Program-made: the position numbers and the translations under genes
The notes under the pieces: model-generated
What the model saw: only the letters and a program-made list of their open reading frames with translations
Database searches by the model: none
What the model was told of the DNA's origin: nothing
Assembly (NCBI GenBank): GCA_047495785.1
Contig: JBLDXI010000019.1
Span: 372,001 to 436,000 of the forward strand
Length of the DNA stretch: 64,000 bases
Direction: 5' to 3'
Source of the DNA: Lepidodermella squamata
Lineage: Eukaryota > Animalia > Gastrotricha
Shown: in pieces, positions 1 to 12,697 of the stretch
Layout of the letters: the number at the start of each line of letters is the position of its first letter
Numbering within the stretch: the stretch's first letter is position 1

Positions 1-1703
1 TGGAGAAACGTGGCATTCTTTGGCATTTTTCATTCTTCCTATGATATTTTTACACCTTTCTGGTCCATTTTTTTCGCACAAATATGTATAGCTAAATATT
101 TCCCAAAAAAGCATACATTACTTCAAAACATTCCCTTTTTCGAACTTTATTTTCTCTGAATTTTCCGGTTTATTTTTCTCCAAATTTATCTCTAATTTAG
201 TCCCAAGTTTTGGCATAAAATACTACATTAATAATACATCAGTGCTAAACTTAACGGTTGCGTAATAAGAAAATAATGTTGAGCTGTTTTCAATCTTCTG
301 AAATTTATATATTAATTTTACATTTTAGTCGACCTTGAGGGATCTTGTTGATCACTAAATGCGCAACCGACTTCGAGATTTGGATGAAGCGCGATGGGTT
401 AAATTAAATGGGTAGAAATTAATTGCTGAAATTATATATAATTATTAATTATTAATTAATTTCTACCCATAAAGATGATGTTTGGTACATTTTGAAGGCA
501 ATTATCGGTCACCAAAGACACCGCTTTAAAATGGCGAAAAAATAGCTCAGACAAATCAATTCCATGATAAATAAAAAATTCGCAGTGCTTGAATATCAAC
601 AAATTATTGTGGCCAATCTTGACCTGAAAAAAATATCCGAAAAAGCGATTTCAGGCCACTAGAAAAGTCTAAAATTTGGTTCCGCTAACAGGAGGACCCC
701 AATTCAATTCCTGAATTTTCCTCTAAATTTTGATATTTTGATAAATTTCTGAAATTTCTAAAAATCCCAAAAAAATTCGAAATGAAGCACGCGGAAATAA
801 AGCAAACACAGTGAAATTTGCACGATTCTGTACAAAACTAAGCTAACTTGGTAGGAAAGCATTTTCAAATATTTCTGAATTCCTGAAGCAAAGGCTTCAC
901 GCGAAAGACCGTTTGTTTAGGATTTTCGCGCTGAATTCCCAACTGCGTAATTTTCACGACTTCACCGTTTGGCGTAAATAAAAATCCGCTAAAATTGAAC
1001 CTCGTCGATTTTTTCCAACATTTTTGCAGCATCATCAAAACTGAAATACCCTCACTTCCTTTTTAGCGAAAAATACCTGAATTTTTATCAAAAATTTCAT
1101 TATTTCTCGACTCTTCATTATAAAATCTGTCTACATGAATTTACACGGTGGTTTATTGAGCAAAAAAATGCCAGTATATATCATTTTAGCTCCGTGTATT
1201 TTCGTGTAAACCCTCGGTTTCTCCCGAAATAGAATGAGCGGGAAATTCCGTGAAATTTCCGATCGTGTAATTTCATGTAATGTCACTTGCGGCTCGTACT
1301 TGAAAATTCGAGCAGTAAAATGAGAGTAATATCGACTGAATTTTAAAAATTTATTTACTTTTTATTCACTCGATCTTCCTACATGAGAATACAACGTCTT
1401 TTTCAGGATGTAAAATCATGTGAGGATGTTTCAGACGAGAAATCGTGCAGCTTCCATTGAAATACATCGAAGAAATGAATGAAGGACGAAAATCCATGAG
1501 TTTACATGACCGAATTTCAGGGTTTACACGAATTTTCATGAAGTTTCTCGGCCGAAAAACGAAAAACCCTGTTTTACAACGCTGAATTCCGGATCGCTGA
1601 GCTGGTTCCTGATCTGCTTACATGAATATACCCAAATATACTGCTAAATACCTTAAAATACAGGAATTTACAATGTTAATTTACGCAAACTTTTTTGTCC
1701 GGG
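1..1703. mobile_element. Right part of a CACTA/EnSpm-like element (truncated by the window edge), same family as 1731-6087
   Basis: 1080-1703 is near-identical to 5440-6087 and ends in the same terminus ...TTTTTGTCCGGG followed by AT. It has many subterminal TTACATGA/TTACACG motifs. Confidence 0.6.
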
Positions 1704-1730
1704 ATGTTTGTTATCTTTGGAGTGCTCCAT

Positions 1731-4700
1731 CCCGGACTAAAAAGTTTCAGCTTGTAAACTCGTGTAAAATGGGGTAAAAACACGTCATTGTATTTCCATG
1801 TATTTTCATGTAGAAATTAGATCGACTCCTATGAATTTACATGATCATTTTATTGATTCAGCTCACATGAATTTACATTTAGACCATAATTGGCTGCCGT
1901 TCGCCCTGCGCTTCCACGGAATTACACGGAGTGGTGAGTCTGGTTGATTTCGCCGGAAACGCTGGAAAAACTTGCCTTGACTTGCTTCTCCTAGCTGAAT
2001 CGTCAAACTTGAGTTTTCAACGACATTTCGCCGTTGTAAACTCATGTAAGAAGATTCAGCCATGAAAAGCAAGTCAAGACAAGTTTTTCCAGCGTTTCCG
2101 GCGAAATCAACCAGACTCACAACTCCGTGTAATTCCGTGGAAGCGCAGGGAGATGGCTCAAAAATATAGCATTTTTCACACTGAATCGCAGATTAGGCAC
2201 AAAAAATCGCGAAACATCGTGTAATTCCGTGTAAGCATAAGCAGAGCTGCGCAGAAAAATTCACACAAAATTCGCAAAAATGGGGAAAAAATCGAGAAAA
2301 ATAGTGTGATAAGCAGAGAATTGGCAGCATGAAAGAAGCAAGAGAAAATAGCAATTTTCACAGAAATTACGATTTTCACATCAACAGCATTTTTCAAAAA
2401 AATATCAACCTCACAGATTTTGCGAAAAGCAATAAAATCGAGAAAAATCGTTATTTTATTGTCTGTTCCTTGGCGCATCTTTTGCGCTATAATGTGACCA
2501 ATGACCTATGACGAACAGCCAGAAATTCAGCCTAAAATGAACAGCTTCAGTTCATGGTTGCAACAGGATTCAGCTGCAGGTAATTGAAAATGTAGTTGTA
2601 GCAGCAACGTGACATCGACGTATGATCACCTGAATTTCAATCAGATCACCAGCAGCATCAGGACATTTCCTTCGATCATCGTCAGCAGCCGAGCAATAAC
2701 ATCCCTGAAAGTTAAAAGTTGACATATCAACTGAATGGGATGTCCGCCGAAATTCTACTCAGGACCGATAATCGATTATTTCCAGGGATCAGTCCAAGAA
2801 ATACGTTAAGCGGGTATTTTTCTTGATTTAATTTTGCTTTCAAAATTGATGCAGAAATTATCAGCAAAAATGTTTTCACAACTTAATTTGAATATTTGAT
2901 TTATTTTGAATACGATTCCGGTTAACAAACTCGCCTTTTAAACCTGTTTTAAATCGAATCGAGTCTCGTCCAACGCTTGACCCAGCCTGATGAAGGTGAG
3001 TGCAAGCTGCAATCGCCTAGAAATTAATTAGCTTTTTTATTAATTATTTCGATTATAATTTGTCTCAGGAATTGCCAGAAATTCCTCACCTTCATTGTAG
3101 TTTGTTTTCAGGTTTTCTCAACGACATTCCATAGCTCCACAGCAAAATTCGGCAGGAGTGAAAATGCGAATTATTAATTTAATTACTTATTTTAAGGTAG
3201 ATTTTAACTCACCACGTTGCAGGAAATTCGAGATGCGAGAAATCGAGGGCCATCGCTGACAGCCTATAAAGTTTCAGAAAAATGGTTTAATTTTGATCCT
3301 CGAGATGAACAGCGTGTTCCATTAGTAACGCAAGCAAAAAAAATACTTGGAAAGGGTTCAGACGCCGTAGAATGAGTGGCGAAGTCCCATCTCAAGGTCA
3401 TACTATTTTTAGAAAATTTCAAAAATCTCGAGAATGGTAATAAAGTATTTCACTTGTTAATGGAGTTTAAAAATTCAGGACCGGGTTAAATACCGAAAAT
3501 AACCGAATCAGTTAAATACCGAAACTACCATCCGGGTTTTCACCAGTAAATTTCTTTGGTTAAATCGCGGATAAAAGGAATATTCTCTCAGTTGGATCAA
3601 TTTTTTGAAATTAGTTGAATTTCCTTCAAAACGTTGAAATCAAAAATATTTGCGCAACTTTTGGAACACGCCGTATTATTCATAATTGTTTAAATAAAAA
3701 ATATGAATAATTAATATAAATTTGAAATAATTCCGTGGAAATACGTTGAGCCTAGGCAGCTACGAAGGAGATGGCAAATTTCAAAAATTTAAATCCCAGA
3801 GAAATAAACTAATGCTATTTAAGCCGAGGGTCGAAAAATAGGATTAGTAAGCGCGAATGCGAGTCATCTACGTTGCCTGTCGAATTACCTGTCGAAATTA
3901 TTACTCACTCAGGTAGACGAATAAAGCTGGCCTGGACAGGCTGGATTAGCCGCGCGGCCGTTCCCGTAAAATTGAATGGCCCGTACCGGACTGGCTCATG
4001 CGCTGCCATTGAATCGCCACCATAGCGGGCAATAAATAAATTTAGAGATTTAATTGCTTTGCCTGATCACCTTTGACCAGGGAATCGAAACAGCGTCGAC
4101 CGGCCGGTAAGTTTCAATCAAAATGCGAGCTGCATCAAATAAAAAATGACCTAATTTCAAACGACGAAAAAATAACGAATAACTGTGTGGCTCTCATTGC
4201 GCTAAGTTTGTCCTAAGCCGCACGTGTCAGATGACACGTAACACAGGGCCGCGCATTATTTATAATAGTTTTAATTTCAATTTTTTCACAATTTTCTCCG
4301 AATTTCCAAAGAATTTTTCTTGACAGTTAGTACATTTTTAGCAGCTCGTAGTTATTCTGGGCGCATGTCGAATTTGTTAAGTGCCCAAAGAAAATGCACC
4401 ATATTCAGGAAAATTGTGATCACCTTGGGTCTAGGGCCCTTTAAAATTAGGTAAAAATAGCTATCACATATTTCAATTTTCTAACATATATTTGCATCTT
4501 TCTGGTCGATTTTTTGTGTGAAAAAAGCTAAAATATAGCTGTCATGACTGCTTCAAAATTCCTGCCGTGCGAGCTGGCTAGGTTATTTTTTCTCCGAATT
4601 CTCCGGTTCTTTCTCTCCATAATTTCACAAATTTTTCTCAAAGTTTGGCGTAAAATCCTGCATCATTAAAAATCAGAATTATGCTGCACGTCTGCGGAAT

Positions 4701-6087
4701 AAAATGCACGTGATAAGGAAATAAGTCCATGATTTGTTTCTAATTTATGCCCTACCATTTCGATTTTCAACCCTTCTTTCATGACCTGATCGCTTATTAC
4801 GCAATCAACTTCACAATTCGGATAAAGCCCAACTCGTCAAAATCTATAATTTTCGCAAACAATTGTAACCTAAAACGGTGATTTTTGGTACACTTAAGAC
4901 ACTAATTTATGAGCGAAAAAATGCTCAGGGTCAACTCATGGAAAATACGAAAGTGTCGAATATTCAGCAAATTGAACTTCTGAATGTTTTTCTTAATTTT
5001 AAAATTTTAATACATTTTATAAAAATTTAGAAATTAAAAAATAATCCTGAATTTCGAAAAATTGCATGCGACAATAAACATCAGCAATCACAGCAAAAAA
5101 CATACATCAAATTGGCATTCTATAAAAACAACGATTTTCAAATGTTCTAATTTTTTCCTCACTTTTAAGAGTTGTCTTTCCCACGAAAGAACGCAGCTGA
5201 TCGTTATTTTCAATGAAATCCGCAAAAATCGTGAATAGCAAATTGTTTCAAATTTTATTGCGCTGAATTCCTAACTGCCTAATGAAACTGAATTCCTAAC
5301 TGAATTCCTAATGCCCTATCCACGACTTCACAGTTTTGCGTAATTCAATAAAAATCCGCTAAATTTGATTTGCCCGTGAATTTTAAAACATTTTCGTGAA
5401 ATTGGAACTGTAATCACGTTAATTCCCTTTTTGCGAAAAATTCCTGAATTACGTCAACCGTCAAAAATGTGCCATTTCTCGAGTCTTTATTTTAACTATC
5501 AGTCAACATGAATTTACACGGTGTATTTTGAGCTAAAAATTGCCATTATTTATCATTTTTAACTCCGTGTATTTTCGTGTAAGCACTCTGTTTTCTCCGG
5601 AAATATAATGAGTTCAAATTCCCATGCAATTCTGTGAAATTCCCATTCGTGTGATTTCATGTAATGCCAATTGCGGCTCGGACTTGAAAATTCGAGCAGC
5701 AAAATTAGGTAAATCGCTGTTGAATTTTAAAAATTAATTCAGTTTTTATTCAATCGATCTTCCTACATGAGAATACAACGTTGTTTCCAGGATGTAAAAT
5801 CATGTGAGTATATTCCAGTCGAAAAATCGTTCAGCTTCCATTGAAATACATCGAAGAAATAACTGAAGGACGAAAATCCATGAGTTTACATGACCGAATT
5901 TCAGGGTTTACACGAATTTCCATCAATTTCCTCGGCCGAAAAACGAAACACCCTGGTTTACAACGCTGAATTCCGGATCGCTGAGCTGGTTCCTGATCTG
6001 CTTACATGAAAATACAAAAATAAACTGCAAAATACCCGAAAATACAGGAATTTACAATGTTGATTTACTCAAACTTTTTTGTCCGGG
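1731..6087. mobile_element. Non-autonomous CACTA/EnSpm-like (CMC) TIR element, about 4.36 kb
   Basis: Termini CCCGGACTAAAAAGTTT / AAACTTTTTTGTCCGGG, flanked by AT at 1729-1730 and 6088-6089 (2-bp TSD with CCC ends is typical of animal EnSpm). Reiterated subterminal motifs occur in both orientations. No long ORF; degenerate exon-like segments at about 2500-3400. Confidence 0.6.
1904..2150. repeat. Long imperfect palindrome (arms about 120 bp)
   Basis: CCCTGCGCTTCCACGGAATTACACGGAGT... at 1904 pairs with ...ACTCCGTGTAATTCCGTGGAAGCGCAGGG ending at 2150. Confidence 0.9.
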
Positions 6088-6093
6088 ATGAGA

Positions 6094-6260
6094 CCCAGTT
6101 ATGCTGTTGAGCACAAGTTGAGCACTCGCGATAGGTTCCGGCTGACGTTGAGCATAAATTGCGCAGAAATTGAGCGCCCATTTAGCACTCATTGAGCATT
6201 TTGAGCACAAGTTGTGCAATTGAGCAAAAATGCTCAAAGGAGAGATAGCCTGTGCTCAAT
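6094..6260. repeat. Fragment of a second CACTA-like element with TTGAGC reiterations
   Basis: Begins CCCAG and contains about 8 TTGAGC/GCTCAA motifs. No matching right end seen. Confidence 0.35.
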
Positions 6261-7128
6261 GGAATGGCCCTTGAATAACCATTGAAGTTCAGTGTATTGA
6301 AGTTGTATATGCGGATGACGTTTTACTAAACCCGCCCACAGTTAAACAGAGAATTATCTAAAAACGTAAAGAAATGTCTTCTAACATATTACTATCGGCG
6401 AAGGTCGTATAATAAGCATAATAAGAAACCGACTATACTATAATATACACGACATTTTATTTTAGGAAGGCCAGAGCACAAAACGCCAGAACATATCATT
6501 ATCAACAAAGCTATCAAATTCGATGATCAATATTCAATATTCTGAACATCCGTGGAAATGTCTACAGTTTTGAATAAAAACTCAAATGAAGGATCAAATA
6601 AAACAGATTCCGCACCGTCAACCGTCATACGACCAAGCAGCTCCATATGCTAACGGCGCCGGGTTCGCCAATTCATGGAAGGAAAATTTTGGAATGCGAA
6701 GTTACGCGCCAGCGAAAGGAATGAACGGTTCAGTTATCGAGGTTTTGACCGCCCAACCGCAGGCTATCATCATCATGGCTCAACGAGTTTCTATCGATGA
6801 ATCCACCAATCGCCTCAGGATAGCAGCATGTTGGATGACTTGCATTTCGATGTTTTTGGGATCTTTGGTATTATCGATTCCCGCCTGGTTATGCTATCGC
6901 CAAAAGAATCGAAGCTCGGAAGCTAGGAGCAGAAAATCGCGGAAATGCTACATTTTATCAATAGTAACATCAGCGATATCAATCGCTTTGGGCATTTCCG
7001 CCGCTGTCTTTATCATATCGTTCTTGTCGCGCAATATTTGAATTGCGAGCCTAGTGATTTTTATATATTAGTTACTGCGCGCAACATGGCTATATATGCG
7101 GCACGCGCGTGATGTAGTATGAGCGCCA

Positions 7129-9476
7129 AGCGAAAGATCAATACTTGCATATTAAGGAGGGGCCGTTTATGCGGGCGTGTTTTCGCGGGCGAAATTCTTT
7201 GTAACTCGCGGGTTTTTCTTAATTTTTTGATAACTCAGCTAAAAACTGGTCAATAATTGAAAAAAGTGTTGCAAAAGACCAATATTTTAACGCCGCATAC
7301 ACTGGCCCAATGATTGGAGAAATTTCACTGAGTAGATGCGATAATATTTGCAAAATACATGAAGAGCGCTAGTCTAGTTAACGTCAGGTAAACTCCTATT
7401 TTTGTCCGATTTTGTTGCGCCAATGTCTTCTAAATTCGGCTATTTTTTATTTTCGAATTGAATGAGCTTTCCAGGATTACCTTGAGACGGAAGAGCGTGT
7501 TTCTACTACTCGCGTGGAAAGACCTGAAATTACCAAAAATATCACGCCGGCGCAGCAAGTTAATTCTTCGGTGAATTTTTTTTGTTTTCAGTTAAGAAGC
7601 TCTAACGGCTGCTTCCTGCAAGTAAAAGAACAGAAACATGGGATCTGACTCGTTTTAACGACCTTGGCAGGCTCATCAATTATTCAATGAAAAATTACCA
7701 AACCATTCCCATCAGGTTATTTCGGATTTTTTCCGGTCAATTTCGAATTTTCTTCGGTGAAGTGGTAGATTAGAGGCAAGACATTATCTTAATATCTGTC
7801 ATTCAATGAAACTATGTCGTTTTTAAAAAAAAAATTGAAATGTTCAGAACAAAACTTTGACACTGCTTTCAGACACCCTGAATTTACCGATTTTTTTCGG
7901 TTGCGCAAACAATTCGAGTATTATTCCCAAAAAAATGCCATCTAAAGCCTTTTAGATCAATTATTTAGGATTTCACGGAAGAAAAATAAAACTTCCCCGA
8001 AAAACTCCCGAAAAAAACCCGATGGGAATTGTTCGGTAATTTTCGGTACTTAGCTATACTAGACCGTATTTTACCAGTTTTTTCATTCTTCTTGTCAACT
8101 ATGATAGTTGATTAGTATTTCCATGACAGCTGAGATACCCTAATACCATCAGAGTAGTAATAATCCTGGGTTCTTGGCTTTTTCATAAACCCGAAATGCG
8201 GATCGGTCTTTTTGTCCGCTCACTAATCGAAAATTCTTCGGTGAAAATTTTTTGCTTTCAGTCTATAAGCTCAACTTGTAGTTTCCTTCAATCATAGAGG
8301 ATATAATATTAGGTCCACCGACTCGTTTCCATTGGCAGACTCGCGCATTACTCAGTAGAAAACCCGGTAATTATGCTGAAAATACCGAAGGTAAACACGA
8401 CCTACTCAACAAGCGCAATTGAAATCTTTTCGATAGAAAATGTTATGTTAGGTATCCCTCACAAATTCATAATGTTTTAGCTTTAAAAAAGCGAGCCGGA
8501 AGGATCGGGATCGCGTAATAAACCACATCGCAGAATTTCACCGGGAAAAACCGGTTGCAGGTTTGATGCCTACCAGCTGAAAATGTTCACGAAAGCGATG
8601 CGGCAGACTGCGCAAAAACAGTAAGAAATATCGACTAGTTATAATCGAATAAGAAAATTCTGTTTACCACCGATAGGTTTCAGGCTGGTTAGCCGAACAA
8701 TTTCGGTTTCAAACTGGTCAGGCGGTGACTAGTTCGGCTTCGGTGATAATGACATGGATCATACTTTTCGCTGAACAGTAGTACAGAAAGTCGTAAAATT
8801 TCTTGCTGGAAAGTAACTGCCAGTCATAGCAGTCTATTAAAAAAATATTTTACCGATAAATCTCCGAGAATTTAGCGAACGGATCACTGTATATATTTAG
8901 GGTGTATCCGGTATTTCCGGAATTTTCATATAAACAGCGACGTAGTGCTCTTAAAGGTGATCGAAGGCGTTAAACCCAGGTTCAATTGATTGCTTAAGGT
9001 CGCCCTGATATTTTAGACTGAAAAAATCTGAAGAGCGACGTTTGAGTAAAGTGGAATAGCGAATATTACCAAACCATTCCCATCGGGTTTTTCGGTTATT
9101 TTTCGGTGAATTCGTGGATTAGTAGTGCAAAATACCTTAGGTAACATCTGTTTGAGAATAAATCCTCAATTCTTAGGAAAAATGTGGAAAAATAAATTTA
9201 TACAGGGCGTCTAAAGGTAATTAAGAGTTGAATGTTGACATTCTAGATAATTCCAGCGAATTTTGTTATATTAAGTAAATCACCACTTCTAAAGGTATTT
9301 TATATCAAATACGGGACGTATTGACGGAAAATATATATGACCGTGCAGGTGAAATTTTCCGAAATTACGCTCGTCGGATATCTTGATGATATCTTGCTGG
9401 GATATCTTGCGACATTTCACAAGCCCGAGAAGTGATAAGCGGCCCCTCATTAATATGCAAGTATTGATTTTTCGCT
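7129..9476. repeat. Segment inside Sola1 bounded by an imperfect inverted repeat of about 42 bp (possible nested element)
   Basis: AGCGAAAGATCAATACTTGCATATTAAGGAGGGGCCG (7129-) versus CGGCCCCTCATTAATATGCAAGTATTGATTTTTCGCT (-9476). The internal motif ATTACCAAACCATTCCCATC occurs at about 7694 and 9066, and inverted at about 8020. No clear TSD. Confidence 0.5.
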
Positions 9477-10450
9477 TTATGATACGAACCGGATTCACGC
9501 AATCAATAAAGCGGTTTCGCGGCGTCATGCCTCGCGCCTGCACGCCGAAACTGGAACGGTTAGGTGGACGGATAAAAAATTTCGCCGAAACCTGTTCTAT
9601 CGAACAGACATAACCCGGTAACTATCTGATGAACGGTTTATTTTCGACGAATTTTCAAACTGAGAATTTCACGAAAACCGACGTTTAATAACGACATCGA
9701 AGTATTTTCCCCGCACCGAACACCCTTTTAGGTGCGGAATTTATTCTGTTCAAAGTTTATTTTTAGCTACGCTGAAGCACGACGGATATGTTAGTACCAA
9801 AACCGCTGCGAGATTCACAAGTTTTCCGTTGATTGTAGCGTTTGGCGGGCGATTTATCTTTAGTGAAAATAAATAATTTAATTTCATTGACTTTCGTCAA
9901 ATTTACGGACACCTTAAACTGATAGCGCTTATATTTTCATGTTCGTAAAATGTAGCAAAGTTTGCGCTGAATTTTTAGAGACTAGGCTTTTTGTCACCGC
10001 CCTCACGGTTGTCGAGCAATATGGGGCGCCGTGAATCGCGTTTTCAGCCTATTTTTAGCGCGGCGGCGGCGCTCACACACTCCCTCAGCTATATAAGGGG
10101 CGCGGTAGAACTTGGTTTTGATCCACCTTAAAATTTGAAAATGTCGAAATTCACTGTTTTCTTAATTTTTCGGGAAAATCTGTAAGTGTCCTGGCGTTAA
10201 TTAATTACCATTTCTAGTGCAAAGTTTCATGGGTTATTTTAACAGTGCAAGTCAATACCGCCCATCGATTTTGACCAAAATTTGAGATAAAGACAAACTA
10301 GGTAAACTTTCGAAGAAAACATAACATTACATTTATTATGATATAAAATCCATTAGTATGAATTGCCACTCTTACATTGAGACACATTGATGATATAAAA
10401 ATTTCCTATAATGTCATTTTTCAAAAACAATGCAGAAGATTCATGTTAGC

Positions 10451-12697
10451 TCAAGTTTCACAGCGCCCGGTCTCCTCCTCCGCCATGTGCTCATCGTTTT
10501 CTTCTATAACCGAAGCATACCTTTCACGAACTTCTCGACATTTTTCGGTTATCTTGTGCGGTTCAACTCGGAGTCCACTGTGCGACCTAGCTATAGCTTC
10601 CCAGTGATCAAGATGACTCAGGGGTATTACTCCCTCCTTAATCCAATCTGAAAAATAGAAGAAAAATATGAACAATACTACGCAGAGAAGTGCTCACCGA
10701 ACATCGCAGTCATTTTGGAAGCAGGTATCAGGTTAAAGCCATTGTATGCTCTGCGCACGGTCCAGTCAAATGACTTTTCCATTAAATTCGGTTCAGCGTA
10801 GTGTTTGGCCCATTCTTCATTATCATAACTTCGACGAGTTCGAATGAGCTCGATATTAAATTTATCGTATAAAAGCCAGGAAATAGCACTTTTACGCAAA
10901 CCGAGATTTGGAAAGCGATTTCCGAAAGTATCATCTTGCTTATTGTTTTCCTTGACTTTAATAAAGTCGAAGTATTTCAACTCGACAAGCGAAAAATCTC
11001 GATGGGAAAAAGCTGATAGAATTACATCGCGCCATTCTTCTGTCGAAACAATGTTCTCGCGACGCTTAATCTCTCTGTCTACTAAAGAGTGAGCGATGTC
11101 CCCGCGCATGAAAGAATGACCACTGACTAAAAATTTGTGATGTACACGTGACAGGTTGCTATTGGCATTTTTCAAGGCTTTAGAAATTCCCGCGACGACA
11201 AGACAGTTTTTGTTCTGAGAACCACACTGGTCCGACCATAGGAATACCGTTCTAACTTCTTTTGGGATCATTTCGGTTAAAAATTTGTACAGGCATGTCG
11301 CAATTTCCGTCCCTCCTTTTCCGCCCTGATCTTCGTCCCAGATGAATCCGTAGGTTTTTTTCGTGACATTGTCAAAAATAGTTAAAAACCTTGTCAGCCA
11401 TTTTGACCTGTATCCAAATGAGCAACAAGGCGTGGGATAGTTTCTAGCAAGATCAAATTCGCAGCACATTATTTCGCCATATGAATTCCGCGCCAACTCG
11501 ATGTCAGAATCCCGAGATTTCCTTGCAGCATTTTTCTTTGCCAAATGTGCGCGAAACAGTGGATTTTTTTTGCGATGAGTTGGTGAGAACAGTTGCTCGA
11601 ATCTGACGCGAAGTGATATACTTAATCAATTCAGGGGGAGAAAACATTTTTCTTACCTCATACATGTCGGACACCTGTCCGCTTTGGGCATGTAGAAAGA
11701 CAACCGCGGGAAATTCGCTGCGAGTATTGATTTGAAAGTAGTGCAGCGTACCGCTTTAATAGGCTCGGCCGGGCGCTTTTCTCCTGCTCTCAGCTCGTCG
11801 ATTATTTCTCGAGATCGATAATCGGCGACCATTTTTTCGTAGTCAGCCCATTCCTTTGCTTTTTTATCGGCATATTTTTTGTAAAGGGAGAGCTTGCTGT
11901 CGAACCTCCACACATACAGACGTTGGCTTTTTTGTCTGGTGTAATGAGACGGTACTCTAGGCAATGCTCCAATAAAGCGGCAAACTTCGTTTAGCTGACC
12001 TTGAGACGTTCGATTTTGTTTTCCGTGTTTCCCCCTCTGATCAGGTGTCACGCCGGTCGGTTTCACTCTCTTTTTTAAGCTATAATTAACAAACGACGGG
12101 CAAAAATCGAGCGCGGCGTGGAAAAAAGGGCCACAGACAGCGACCAACTCTCCCTTCTCGGACTGAACCGTTGGTTTACCCGATGATAGCGGTAAATAGT
12201 AACTGCATTTGTTTCTTTTCCCCTCGCTTTTTTTAACCAGGACGTAGCGCGCGATGAAAACCTGCTTTGCAGTCGGATCTGGATTGCTGTATAGCGCTTG
12301 CTGTAGATCGGTCAGGGCTTCAAGCGTAAAATTTTCATGGCAGCGCTCTTTACACTTACAGTGTAGTAGTTTTGCTGCTCTTTGCCGAACAAGTCGATGT
12401 TTTCGTACAACTGTGCCTGATTTCTTGCTCGAAATTTGCTCTCTCACGTGGGCTACACCAGCGCGGAGCCTTTCCTTTTCCAGTAAAAACTGGTGATTAG
12501 GACGTCGCCTCTTCGGCCGCAAGTCAGGAAAATCGATTTCGGCTCGAGAGGACAGCAGCGGCTCGTTTCTTGCTGATTCGCCATTCGTGTTGATCTGCAG
12601 GTTCCTTGTTGGTTGCAAGTAATATTCTCCAGTGCGTAAAAACTCGTCAACATCAGCGTTCAATTCCTGCTCATAAGAACTTGACGTGCCAGCCATC
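10451..12697 (-). CDS. Sola1-type transposase, 3 exons (about 12697-11657, 11602-10698, 10647-10451)
   Basis: Motifs SHYTR, CPTC, FDLARNYPTP, WDEDQGGKGGTEIATCL, LWSDQCGSQNKN, KFLVSGHSFMRGD. GT-AG introns 11656-11603 and 10697-10648 join the three ORFs in frame. Confidence 0.88.

Noticed and set aside
1863-2511. Short ORFs in the first 2.5 kb, and similar ORFs at 22112-22833 and 58543-59097
   Set aside because: They lie within palindromes or MITEs, mostly use non-ATG starts and show no protein motifs.
6586-7041. The 151-aa ORF as an intact gene
   Set aside because: Its ATG is out of frame with the family start at 6558, and its last codons come from the Sola1 TIR.
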